Origin: the human T2T-CHM13v2.0 reference genome, Homo sapiens
Direction: 5' to 3' (one strand)
Assembly: GCF_009914755.1 (NCBI RefSeq)
Contig: NC_060928.1
DNA length: 64,000 nt
The first letter of the stretch is position 1. Each line of letters opens with the position of its first letter. Of this stretch, positions 51,104-64,000 are shown in pieces. Position numbers and translations under genes: made by a program. The notes below the pieces were generated by a model, which did not search any database, was not told the DNA's origin, and saw nothing but the letters and a program-made list of their open reading frames with translations.

Positions 51104-54100
51104 CTCTGTATATATTTTTACACAGTTGACATTATCTTCTTTAATATTTAATATTATTTTATACTATAATTTATTATATCTGGACACCTAAGAAAGATGC
51201 CCAAGCCTCATATTATAATGATGTTGTGGTGAATAAAGGTCACTGGGATTGTTCCCTGTGTTAACAGACATAATTATATTCACTTCTACTTTCCTTCTTT
51301 TGTAGTCAGGGTATTTCTTCATACAGCAGATGTACGATCCCAAAAGATAATAGTAATTTTAGACAGGAAAAAAACATAACATTTTTATAAATAAGAAAAC
51401 TCTAATTCTGGTACTAAAATAAAATTCCTTAGTCTCTTACACACAGGGCAATGAGCCAATGACATTATTTTAGGAAAATGAAAAATCCTGTATTGATGTA
51501 CACATTGAAATGTGCATGCTGACAATATTCAGTGGGTAGAAATAGACACTGGATACTCCCAGAATATAAAACTGAAGGTTATATATAAAGATAAATATTT
51601 ATGTAGACATTATCATAAAAAAGGAATGCACTTGACAATTATGGCCTGGTTTGAGAAATAATGTATGAATTGAGTATAAGGAAAATATTCGTATTTTAAT
51701 TCAAAATATAAGTTAATACAAGCAATATTATTTAGAGTTCACGCTGAAAAAAAATTACCAATAGGTGGTGCTGCTGTGATTGAATTTGATTAAACTTCAT
51801 GGAAATCTGACCCTAGATTCTACTGCTTTTTATTTTCTTATATACCTTTATCTCACAGTCTACTTAGCAACTGCTAAATAGTGAACTGGCTATAAAATGT
51901 CACTGAGAATAAAATGTTTTCAGGTATTTGGGAGGCATTTTCTATTGCCATCATTTAAAAACTAGGTCAGAGATCACAGCTGTAAAAAAATAGACTGCTC
52001 AAGGTAGTACTTATCTGATAAATGAATACACAAGTGCTTGACTCAAATGGAGGTGATGAATTTTGCATAAAGCCCTTCATCAAGGTTGAATTACATAATG
52101 TCTCCTTTAATGGCATATCGATGTGACATCTCTTGTCAAGCATTATTTCTCTTTGTCAAGCTAAACATTTGATTTGTAACAAATAAAATGAATTTCAGTG
52201 ACAATAAAAAGAAGCATGTTCACAATTCGTAATTAAACACGAGTGATAAGACCACTGAATACATAATGTATAAAAACTATGATTTTGAACATGTAATATT
52301 TATAGTAAACACTAAAACTGTTAGCATGACTTTGATTTTAAGAATACATTTAATTATAAACAGATTATAAAATTAATTCAGATATTTGAAATCAGATTTA
52401 TTGTGATAAAGTCTGATACCTGCAATATGTCATAAAAGGAATCAATTCTCCCAGTTAAATATTAATAACCTTTTATTTTCCATTTACATGAAAGGTTGAA
52501 AGTGTATTTATTTGAAAGTATTGAGGTATATAAAACTTTTTTACTCTACCAAAAAATCCACAGTCTTCTACAGTTCTGTGTTATTATTGTTCTTTCAGTA
52601 TCAATGTGTTAGCCTAAAGAAAGCCCCTTGGCTCTTCCAGTATGATGTAGGATATGCATTTTCTATTAGAACTTTTCATGAATCTGCTTTTGTAATAAAG
52701 CTGGAAGCAAACAAATACATTAATTCCCAGGAATATGATAGTTGTTTCCTCTGGACAGGCAAGACCTGAGAAATGTGCAGAGGCAATGGACTGGGAAAAA
52801 GGGTAAATGTTTGGGAAGGAAAAGGTGAAAATTACATCAAGTTAGAATAACAGTTTTTCTTTGGACTTTTACCTAATTTTAAGTCTAATTTGTCCATAAC
52901 TTTCTCATATATTTTCCAATGTGAAGATGGTATCTGAAGCCACTCTACATATTTTGTATTTATGTTTTTAAATCTAATTCTTGAACTAGTTTAGACCAAA
53001 TATTTCTACTGCTGTGACACATTAACGATAACAAAAATAACCATAATCACAATCAGATTTTGGGACACAGACCCACACGGACGTACTTGTCCTTCATAAT
53101 TAGAACAAAGCACTTACTCTTCTGTTAGGAATGGTTGCTAGATAACCTACCCTCATATAAGTCATTCCTCTCAAATAATGACTTTAGAAATAGTCAACTA
53201 CATTAAATGAGTCATTAGAAAATGTATGGCGAGTTTAGGCATGACCATTTTTTATTTGTTTTATAAGTTGTAAGACACCTATCACTCAGAAAGATTATAA
53301 TGTTGCTAGATATGAGTAACTCCTGACTTCTTCCTAAAGAAGAACAAAAAAGAAGCCTGTACAAGGTTCTCAGCTGTCGAGAAAAGTGTCTTGGGGACCT
53401 TTGCTTCCCATTCAGGACAGTTAAACATAAATCAGAAATTTTGAGTTCATAATACAAAAATCAATGTGAGAAAATACTTAAACATATCTTTTAAAGATTA
53501 GAAAGAAAAAATATGGCTTTTTTGGTTTCAGGTATAATTTTATTAGAAAGACACCATTAAGGTAAGTCTGTTTATTTCTTGCGCCAATATTTTTAACTTT
53601 TGAAATATATTTTTTGAGTAATATAAGAACTACTTTACTACATTATTTTAATAATATATTATAATTGAAATCACTCAAAATATAGACAAAACCCATAACA
53701 TTTATTATTTACTGTTTAGTATGTGATGTGTGAAACCTGAGACACTGGGAATATTGTATTAAAAATGAAAAATAAAAACCTAAATTAAACAGCCAAGTTC
53801 CTGCCTTGAAGACAGGTTATGATATGTACTGGAGTAGAATGAAGCATGCCATGAACAAATTCAAATTAAACAAGAAATAGAAATGTTGGAAGCAAGAGTT
53901 TTAATGATATTGCCAATGGCAGTTTCAGGGCAAGGTTGTTTCTGAATTAGGATGTCAATATTTCTGGAAAGTCTCTAAGCAGAGGAGAAAGGAACAACCA
54001 AGATGACATTCTAATTTAAAATTTTAATCATGTCAATAACAGCTTAGACAATTTCTAAGTCTCTACTCAATGTAGCTCTACAACCTTTCCCTTCACTTTC

Positions 54101-54351
54101 ACTCCTGTCATATCTTCCTACTATTTCCTATCATGTTGTTTCCAGATCTACTGAACTTACTTTTTCTCAAATGTAATATTCTTACTGCTCTTGCAACTTT
54201 TAAAGCATTGTTTATTTTAGGAAATTTCTTTCATATCATCTGGCTAAATAAAGAGCTGAATTAAATATCTATAGACTCTTTATCTAAGAAAATCTAGGCA
54301 ACAATTCCCAATTTTGTGTTCTCATGTCACTTTGAATTTCATCTTCCCACA

Positions 54352-54781
54352 TTGTTCAGGTTGGTGTCTCAGTCATTTTGCTTAGCAACAGAGCCAGAGA
54401 TGGTGATTCTTATGCAAGTGATTTAAGACAGTGTCCTTAGGGAAAAAGTGTAAGGGAGTTTGTGAAGCAGGATAGGACAGAGAAAGAAGCTACGCAAAGA
54501 TGTGTTTTCAAGGATAGTCTAGCCTCTTAGTGATCCTAGGAGTAGTTCTGGTCTATGAATTCTGTCACAAAATTTGCATTATCATGAGGCAGGGGGCTGT
54601 GCTTTTATACCCCACACCAGTGAGTAATTCATCATGATTGGTGCAATCTCCCGGACATCTCTTGATCAAACAGTTCCCAATCGTTAAAGGACAATTCTCT
54701 GGGACAAAATGAAGATGGTAGTCTTTTAGCAACAATTGTTCAGTTGAGGGATGTTGTTGACAGTAGGGACGCAGATACACA
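54352..54781 (-). mobile_element. LTR16-like ERVL LTR
   Basis: aacagagccagagatgg...tgcaagtgattta...gaagcaggataggacagagaaagaagct...gcttttataccccacaccag. Confidence 0.6.
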
Positions 54782-54799
54782 GGGGAAATCAGAGTACAT

Positions 54800-55650
54800 T
54801 TTCGAAGTAGGAATAAGAGTTTTTCTTAAAAAATTGTATATAAAAAATGAGAAAAGGCAAAGAATCAAAGCTGAAAGCAAGTTGAAGTCTTGAGCAATTG
54901 GGATAGTGATTTTTTTTTTATTGAAATGGATAGATTAGAGGACATTTTGGAGGGCAAAATCTAGACCTCTTATTTGGCCATAATACATTTTTGACAACCC
55001 TTCTTGATATGTAAATATCAAATGAGGAACTGGCTATGATATTCTTGAACCTCAAGGGGGATACTGAGTATAGAAAAATGTGTTAGGGACTTTCCAGCAC
55101 ATAGATAATATGCAAAACTATGGAATCAGATGACACTACCAGAAAAATGTTTCCTAGAAAAGGGTAGCAATATTAATCCCCAAGGCACTACAATATTTAG
55201 AATTCAGGTAGAGGGGGGAGGACAAAGGAGGCTGATAATTACAGACCACAGAACTAAGAAATTATCTTTTTTTGAGTGTGGCAGCCAAAGCAACATTTCT
55301 CACAAGAGTTATGAAGTTATACTTAAGGAATTTTATAAACTGAGTATCCTTTGCATTTGTCAGATGGATGTTGATGAATATGTTGTAAGGAAGATTTTCA
55401 GTGCAGTGGTAGTAAAAGAAGCTCCATGGGAATCGTTAAAGGGTTAAGGGAAAGGAAGGATGTAGAGGCCAAAGTGAACATAACCCAAAAACCTTTTCTG
55501 TAGACGTTAGAAGATGAATGAGGCAGTTTATGAAAGATGAAAGAAAGGTCATGAAAGATGAAAGGTGATGAAAGGTCAATGAAGTGTTGTGATTTTGTTA
55601 TTATAATAAAAAATACTAGAATCTAATTGTATGCTGGTGAAAAAGAATCA
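54800..55650 (-). mobile_element. L2 remnant
   Basis: Purine-rich degenerate L2 body (tggctatgatattcttgaacctcaaggg; ttttcagtgcagtggtag). Confidence 0.5.
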
Positions 55651-56555
55651 GTACAATGGTCATACTGTCTTTTCTTTTAGAGCTTCTTCATTGAATTTTA
55701 TACTCAGGGATGTCCCAAAGTTAAACTGACTATAAAGTGTACCTATATTTAAATCTACGTGTTTTATTATATTTTAGGTGCACCTACTATCTTTCAATAC
55801 TAATATAATACTTCAGCATGTTTTTTCATTAATTCATCAGGCAAGAAGAGTACACTAATGTTTATCTATACTACTTTTCTGTATCTGAGTTTCATAGTAT
55901 TTTATATTTGTCTTCTTATGCTGAAGAAAAAATCTGTATTACTGTATTTTTATAAAAATTTTAATATCTAATAATGCAAATCACAATATATTTTCATCTT
56001 TACCAAAATAATGTCAGCTATTTCTATCTATTTATTTTCCATTTAAACTTTTCAGTTTCTTTCAAGTAAACCAAAATATATCCTATGATGATGTAAGAAA
56101 ATACAAATCTTCCAGTACAGAAATGTAGCTGGCTATAAAATTTAAAAAAAATGCCTTACGAACACAAAAAAAGTTGCTTAAAAATGCCCATAGTTAGAGA
56201 TATACAAGGTAGAAAATAACAGGAGACTTTTTTTAATCGGTTAAATTGGCAAAGACAAAAAGTATCATGTTGCATTGCTGAAGAAAAATTAGGAGAAAAA
56301 GTGACGTCATATGTTATTGATGAATGTATGCATTAAAAATTTTTGTAGAGGAAATTTGCATTATCCTTCAAACTGTTAACTGTTCAAACATTGATCCAAC
56401 AAAATATGTATACAGGAGGATATATATGTGCGTGTGTGTACATATAAACATATGCATACATATTTAGTGTGATAAACATATGTGTACCTGTGTGTGTCTG
56501 TGTGTGTATCTCCGAGGAGTTCAAAGACAAAAAATACCTGTTAAAATATTATTTG

Positions 56556-56717
56556 GGCTGGGTGTGGTGGTTCATGCCTATAACCACAGCAATTTAGGAG
56601 GCCGAGGCAGAAGGATCACTTGAGGACAAGAGTTTGAGACCAGTCTGGGCAACATATTGTGACCCGTCTCTAAAAACAAAGAAAGAAAAAGAAAAACAAA
56701 TACTACAAATAAACAAA
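56556..56717 (+). mobile_element. FLAM / Alu left monomer with TSD, inside an L1ME remnant
   Basis: Single left arm + A-rich tail; TSD taaaatattattt (56542-56554) / taaaatataattt (56718-56730). Confidence 0.9.
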
Positions 56718-57288
56718 TAAAATATAATTTATAATAACAAAAGTCAGTAAAGGCAATGGGAATAGTTAAATGCATTATTATATGTACATGTTTACAATTG
56801 AATACTAGCCTTATGTGTACTTATCTAGATTGAGCTTTAAGTTGTATTCACAAGTGAAAATGCTACCTAATAGTAAATAACCTAACACAAACACTCTTAG
56901 TGGCCTACCCAACTGCTGTTACTCATTCTTGTATGCTACAGCCCTCCAATATTAATGATGTTCTAAGCAACAGTACAGCTATTCCAGATAAAAGATTGTG
57001 ATTTGTTAATCTGAATACCTTTGGTGGTGATTGGCTTAGCAGTGGAAATGTAACTGTACTGTGGGTAATAAAATACAAGATGTCTGATAAACATTTCTGG
57101 AAAGATTTCTTTCCTTTGTTGGAGGAAAACCGTTTTTGATCCTGGCCTTAGGATATTACTATTCAAGGTCATAACAAAAAAGCGGGCGTACTCATAAGAG
57201 AATTTTTGAGAGGCACAAAGTCCTGAATTGATGTATCAACTTTGCAATAACCTTGGAAATGTGTTATGTGTGTTACTAAATGCGCTTC

Positions 57289-57327
<39 letters not shown>

Positions 57328-57486
57328 TTGAGACCGAGTCTCACTCTGTCACCTAGGCTGGAATGGAGCGGTGCAATCTCGGCTCAGTGTAACCTCCGCC
57401 TCCTGGGTTCAAGCGATTCTAGCGCCTCAGCCTCCCGAGTAGCTGGGATTACAGGCATGCGCCATCACACTCAGCTAATTTTTGTA
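57289..57486 (-). mobile_element. 5'-truncated AluS (right arm) with (TTTA)n tail, inside an MLT1-like remnant
   Basis: TSD taaatgcgctt (57277-57287) / taaatgccctt (57488-57498). Confidence 0.93.
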
Positions 57487-57899
57487 ATAAATGCCCTTAT
57501 TTTTAAACCTTTTTATAATCTGGTATTCTGGTACTTGAAACTGAAATTATCTCAACTGACATAGCATTGATAACAAACATATGTAATACTTAGGACAGTG
57601 TGGAAGCAAATCAATCAGAATAGAGACTGCTGTATATACTCTGTGGAGGGGCGGGCAGGGGCACTGAGTATCAGCACAGTCAATTAAAAAATGGATCTGT
57701 GTACATTCTGTTCACTTAATGTTAAGAACAGAAAAGAAACAGGGATGGTATACATTTTCTTTGCCTCTAACAGCTTATAGTGGAACATGGCAAAAGTAAA
57801 GCCCATTCTTACTCTATTGGCCAAAGTACTTAGAAGTTTAAGCTCAAAGTCATTGAGGCAGAAAAGTTTTCTCTGATAGAGATTTGTTTTCTCTATCTT

Positions 57900-59380
57900 T
57901 CTTCTGTCAGGAAAAGATAAGGATACATGAAGTGGAAAACAATGAACAATTACAAACAAATGATACATTCCACCAAAGATTAATAAGAATTAACATTGAA
58001 ATTAATTGAAACATATAAAATAAGTAAACATAACTGATTTCAACATGATAACTACAAATTAAACATTTTTCCCCTTTAAAGGGTACTAAAGCACCATATT
58101 ATTGTTCTAAATTAATAAAGGAAAATGAGAAAATCAAGTATTTTTCTGCATCTCCTCCATTGTCTATACCTCAGTGTAACCAAATAGTTGATGAAAAAAA
58201 TTACTCTTCAGTATATTTCAGCTTATTGACGGAGAAGAAATGATGAAATTAGAATATGACATTTTCAAAGCCCTAAAAAATAATGAATCTAGGAAATGAT
58301 CACAGTGGCTTCTAACATCATAAAAAGAGGCAACTGGACATTATGTGGCTCCTGATGGAAGTATGCAACATGACTGTGAAGTATTATGCCTCCCTCTCTC
58401 CCTAAAGTGTAATCCAGCTGCATTGAATTAAGCTCTTAGGTCAAACTACTATTTTACAGAAATATACTAGGCAGAAAGACGTATTCAATGACCTTATGGA
58501 TAAACAATCTGTGACATCCAGAATATACTAAACTCTAAAGGAGAAAGGATCCAGTTTCTTTAATAAAGAAGATAGCAAGGAAAAACAAAGGATGGATAAA
58601 AGTTGTCTAAAGATTAAAAGGGGCTGGGCGTAGTGGATCACGCCTGTAATCCCAGCACTTTGGGAGGCCGAGGCAGGTGGATCACCTGAGCTCAGGAGTT
58701 CGAGAGAAGCCTGTGCAACATGGTGAAACTCTATCTCTACTAAAAACACAGAAAATACCCGGACATGGTGGTGCATACCTGTAGTTCCAGCTACTCTTGA
58801 GGCTGAGGTGGGAGGATCACTTGAGCCCAGGAGGAGGAGATTGCAGTAAGCCTAGATCATGCCACTGCACTCCAGCCTGGGTGATAGAGTGATAGAGTGA
58901 GATTATATCTCAAAAAAATATATATTAAAATGGAGGGACTTTACAGGTATATCAACAAAATGCAGTTTATTGATTTATCCAATATATGGATTCATTCTGA
59001 TTAAATATACATATTTATGTGTGAGAAATTATAGTTTATCAGAAAATGACAGAAATTGAACATTGACTGTTTCTTTAATGGGATTTAAAAATCTTATGAT
59101 ACTGAAGGTTTATTAATGGTATTGTGATTTTTTTTAAGTCTTTAGGTTTTAAACCTGTACCCTGCAATTGTCATAGGAAAAGAGATAAAATGTCTGAGAT
59201 ATCCTTTAAAGTAAATTAGCACAGATAGAGATGAAACAAGATTGGCCTTGAAAAGGTGATTGATGATTGATTAGAATATGAGAGTTCATCGATAATACTT
59301 GATATATATTCATTGATAACATTGCTACATATATTTGAACATTTTTATAATAGAAATATTTTAAATGACTGTTTTTGAAA
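57900..59380 (+). mobile_element. L1MC/ME 3' remnant
   Basis: cctcagtgtaaccaaatagttgatg...ggcttctaacatcataaaaagag...gacattatgtggctcctgatggaag; boundaries approximate. Confidence 0.65.
58622..58918 (+). mobile_element. AluJb-like element
   Basis: J-type right arm gaggatcacttgagcccagg; 8-bp internal duplication gtgataga; flanks attaaaa. Confidence 0.93.
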
Positions 59381-62057
59381 TATCTATAAATAGGAAAAAT
59401 AGAAAGCAAAAAGAGGCAACTAAATCATAACAAGGGAATTGAAAATAAATCATGAAAAAGAGACATATTCAGTTTTATATTTACTATTGTCATTTGAAGT
59501 GGTTAATTTTAGATATTTATATGTTGAAAATAAGTAAAATTATTAGTGGTAATATAGTTTTGGGATTTAAAGTAATGAGGTTCAACATGACGTTTGAGTC
59601 TTTTAGTAACTAATTGCTAAATAAGCCCTATACATTTTCTTGGATTGCTCTAACATATTCTTAGGAATATCTATCTGCTCTTCCAGAACGGTATGAATTA
59701 GGTGTTCTCCTCCATGGGCACTGTAGTCACTTTCAACTATTACAAAAATACAGAACAAGGAGAAACCATTAACACAATATCCTTACTGAGTTTACCCACA
59801 AATATATAAATACTAAAATTAACTATAATTTTTTTTTTACTCTAGAAAGGATTTAGACAGACATGTAAAGTTGCAGGAAACATCACCATTTAAAAAAATT
59901 GTTTTATGGGTTTGCAGACTGAGATCTAATATACCTAGGATCAATACCAGGATCAAGCTTTTAGATCAGTGTATAAGTGTATTAGAATCTGCGATTCTAC
60001 CTCCTGCAGTATTTCCACACCAGAGTTGATGGAACCTGGCAATTTGCTTCCCAAGTGAAGGCAATCAGTCTTCCAGTTTTTGTATGAGATTGAGAAAAGC
60101 AACAAAATTTAGTCTCAGCTATACAAGATAAGCCAGTAGTATTGGAATGTTAGCAGTTCCATTTTGTTGTAAAACACAAAATTGCAGGTCCAAATCCTAC
60201 TGCATCACGCGCATGAAAGAGCAGCAGTTTATCAGCATGTCAGGAGTGAGGAAGATGTATGCAATTTTCCAACACAAAAAAAGGGCTTGTGGAAGCCGTA
60301 GAAAAGAATATGAAAAATAAAAAAAAGTGCCTCCTCTCTCTCTGTTAGTCAGTATGATTACTTACTTCAAAAGATAAAAGTTAAAGGATGAATAGAGTCT
60401 GGCTTGTATACTTCTCCACGACACCTCCTTGATTACAAAGCCTTCAGGTACATTTATTAACTTAGAAAATCTGTCTGCAGTGAGTGGCACCCAAACTTTC
60501 CTGAGTTTATTAGGATAGTTAAGGGAATACGTAAGCAGTTTTCCATAAAAAATAAAACCTGATGAAAATTTGCTAAGACCAGCAACAACAGCAAAAACAA
60601 TAAAATATCAATCTATTTTACTTATAATTTGAAACAATGATACTTTCATTTTGAAGAGAAATTTTATTTTGCAACTTTATATAATTCCTAATATGAATTA
60701 GGACGCTAAATGTTATATTTAAACAGCATAATGAGCAATTTTTTAAAGTAAATCTATAAGGCTATAATAGAAATAACATATTTCATAGTATTTTATTCAG
60801 AATTCTGTATATATCAGGAATATTTTAAACTAAAACCATTGTTGAACAGGTAGAAATCTTTAAAGTTTCATAAATTTGGTTTGGATTTTCATGAAATCCC
60901 AACTGAATTCATAGTTCTAATTTGATAAACAAATATTTTTTCTATTCTTTCCATAATAATAATTCATTAATATGCTTCATAGCACTGTGTAAAATGAAGG
61001 CATAAAATATATAATTGATTTTTAGCAATACATACCCATCTCTGTTTTCAGTTTCCTGACAACTAATTAATTTGTGAAAATATTTATAAAAATTAACAGA
61101 TTCTCTCTTATATTTATGGTCCTGCTTGGTACTCAGAGTCTTGTATACTTAACTGTTGGAGATGATACTCTGCAAACATTTATATGCTGAATTATGCTTG
61201 TTAAAAATAACAATACCTTAACATCTATATTGTATCCATAACACAAATGATAAAATATGTAGCCAAAATTGAGGAAAAGAAAATGTTCACAAATGAAACC
61301 TACATGTTTCTAGGTACACTATTATTCTAGGTACACTATTTTCATATTTTACATTAATACAATCAAATTTAACATAAAACCCTCAAACCAAAAACAAATC
61401 AATATGAGATCTAGCAATATATTGTGGATTAACTGACATTTTCTCATTGATTTGAAAGTGTCAGTATAGTGGGGTTAAAAATAAAACAATATGGGATTTC
61501 ATAGTAGTATAACTTATAAAAGTTGAAATATAATACAGAGTGGCACTTGTTCTATTTTAGTTTATTATAGATATGGCTAAATGCCACATAAGTTTCTAAA
61601 AACCTTCTTTAAAAGTTCTCTTTTGAAATAGTGAATGAAACTTGAAAACAATTGTTTGATTTTAATAGAAAAATCTCAAGTTTTGCTTCAAAATGTTTTG
61701 AAAATGAAGATGATAGATGCAGGAAAGAAGAAAAAATATTAGGGAAATGTTGCAAGAACTCATCATAACTTCAAAATTTTTAGTGAAGTTCCTAGTGAGA
61801 AAAAAAATGTGTTTGTGCAAATTCAAGTTGTGGATAAATAACGCTTAACCACATTTTCCATGTGCATATAACTGAGTACAATGTATCTGATGTAGATAAT
61901 GGTTCCAGAAGATAATCAATGCAATTGAATGGTCAAATAATTTCAATTGCTTCATCAGAATTAATAATAAAATAATAATGAATCATGATTAAGTTGGTTC
62001 AAAAGAGCATATTTGTCACCAACTCATTTGTTTCTTTGTTTGTCTGTTTTATTGCAG

Positions 62058-62780
62058 GCAGAGACCAGAAAAGTTTTGAGAGGTCAAAGAACCTCCAGCT
62101 GAGCTGATTGGCAAAGGTCTTACCCCCGCATGAAGCCAAGACTTAAAGACTAGGAGAGGTGGTTCAAATGCCCATATCCCAGCAAAATATAGTATTCAAA
62201 GAATCAGGAAAACATGGCCAAATAAAAAGACCAAAATAAACTCCCAAAAGTCTCTAAAGAAAAGCAGATCTATAAGCTCTTGAAAAACAGTTTAAAATAA
62301 CTGTCATCGAGATGATCGATGAGCTATGGGAAAACACAGATAGGCAATTAAACAAAATCAAAAATACGATACATGAACAAAATGAGATGATCAACAAAGA
62401 GACAGAAACCACCCCAGCCTGGGCGACAGTGTGACTCCATTACAAAAACAAAAAAGAAAAAGAAAAGAAACAAACATATTCTAGAGCTGATGTATACAAT
62501 AATTAAACTGAAAAAATTACTAGAGGGATTTAACAACAGATTTGATGAGGCCGAAGAGCCTAAGTTGTAGGTGATATTATCAAGTGGACCAATATACGTA
62601 TTATGGAAATCCCACAAGTGAAGCGAGAGGAAAAAGGTATACAGAGGTTATTAGAAGACATAATGGTCCAAACCTTTCCAAACCTGAGGAAAGAAATGGA
62701 TATACAAATTGAAGGGCTTAAAGAAATCTAACTAGGATAAATCCAAAGAGAATTACAATGCCACACATTATAATCAAATA
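62058..62780 (+). mobile_element. L1M 5'UTR/ORF1 fragment
   Basis: gaatcaggaaaacatgg...atacatgaacaaaatgaga...caacaaagag...ccaaacctgaggaaagaaatggatatacaaat...cacattataatcaaa. Confidence 0.8.
62414..62468 (+). mobile_element. Extremely 5'-truncated Alu 3' end
   Basis: ccagcctgggcgacagtgtgactccat + A-rich tail inside L1 ORF1. Confidence 0.75.
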
Positions 62781-63525
62781 AAGGAGATGTTACATTTAGT
62801 GTGTTTGTAGGTTAGTCACTTGTTTTTAGACTATAGAGTGAGAACATTAAAGAATAGAAGTTAAAACAAAAAAATGGGGAGAGGGCAAGAGCAGTGAAAT
62901 TAAAAAAAATTAAAGAAATTTCACATTTGTCTGGGGTATGTTTTTTATAGGAATCTATGAAGAAGCTTTAGAAGTTCTGTACTATACATAAGAAACGGGG
63001 AACAGAGACCTTCAGTTATCTTTTCAAGCTCAATTTTCATTAAATATAAACACTAAATTTAAACCTAGTTCTGTTTGACTTTCATATTCAAGCTTTCTAC
63101 TGACTCATTCAGCCATATTGAGATGAGCATACTAGTATATCACACTAATATGCTTAGATTTTTAATTCAGGATTCATAGAGTTGCTGAAATTTTGTTTTT
63201 ATTAAAATTATGGGAATGTTAAAAAATGGCAAAAAAATGATCCTGGAGAGAAATATCTTAATTCTAATTGTGTAATCCTATGTCCACAATAAGCCACTTT
63301 AAAATCTATTTGGACAGATCTACAGGTATTTCCTTTATTGATTTACGGTAATTCCTAAGAAATTTATCTATTTCATTTATTTTAAATAATTTGTTTATCT
63401 TTTTTATGGGGACAGGGAGTTCATTAACTTTTGGAAACTTCTGTTTAACAAATTGTAAAATGAATAAAGATAAAAATTCAGTTTTTTTCTCTTTCTACCA
63501 ATTTAATATATTTTTCCTTTGTGCA

Positions 63526-63557
63526 TGTGTGTGTGTGCGTGTGTGTGTGTGTATGTG
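63526..63557. repeat. (TG)n microsatellite
   Basis: Interrupted TG run. Confidence 0.9.
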
Positions 63558-64000
63558 AGTTTCTGTCAGCATCTCAGAATGTGTTTTAACAGCAAGGATT
63601 GAGGTGGGAGTGCAGAGAAAGATCAATGTATTTATACATTCCCTGAGCATACTTGATTATTTAGAGAGTGTAGGGTGTTTAGGTGAAATACTTAAAGAAA
63701 GTTTCCTGAATTTATCAGACTAGCTAAGTCTTTCTATATTCATTTGTTTTTAATATAGACAGAGAACAGTTTTTGTGTGTAGTGTGTATGAAGCATGCTG
63801 TTAAGTTTCTTGGCAGAATTTTTTTTCCCTCTTTACATTGCAAAGTCTGATCAGTTTGGATGAGTCCTTATCACTGCTAAAATCATGAACAGGAAACAGG
63901 ATGAATAATATCCTATTTTCAAACTCTAGGAGTCAGAGAGTATCGGGGATATCAGAGAAACTTTATTTCTTTCACAAATGCAAACACGTGATGTCTCTTC

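Noticed and set aside
55130-55447. 105-aa ORF
   Set aside because: Lies within a degenerate L2 remnant; no recognisable domain or splice context

Overview
AT-rich, repeat-dense primate (human-like) non-coding DNA, either intergenic or deep intronic. I find no protein-coding gene, rRNA, tRNA or CRISPR array; the listed ORFs I could trace come from Alu, LTR, L1 or simple repeats, and the rest look like chance ORFs. The window holds about 15 Alu-type elements (including an AluY with the 12-bp Yd/Yc-type deletion and two internally collapsed Alus), a 1.38-kb LTR12 (ERV9) solo LTR nested in an MST LTR with a perfect 4-bp target-site duplication (TSD), and a ~5.3-kb old L1M that keeps both ends and a TSD. 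It also holds many MaLR/ERV1/ERVL solo LTRs, MER2, MER94, MIR/L2 remnants and microsatellites. I see no evidence of a new multi-gene system. The most informative signals are small mutational footprints (fold-back hairpins at tandem-duplication junctions, microsatellites born inside Alu TSDs, intra-Alu deletions), plus-strand splice-like and micro-exon candidates, and a possible CTCF/enhancer-like unique segment near 51.7-52.3 kb. Repeat subfamily names come from recalled consensus motifs and need RepeatMasker/Dfam confirmation.
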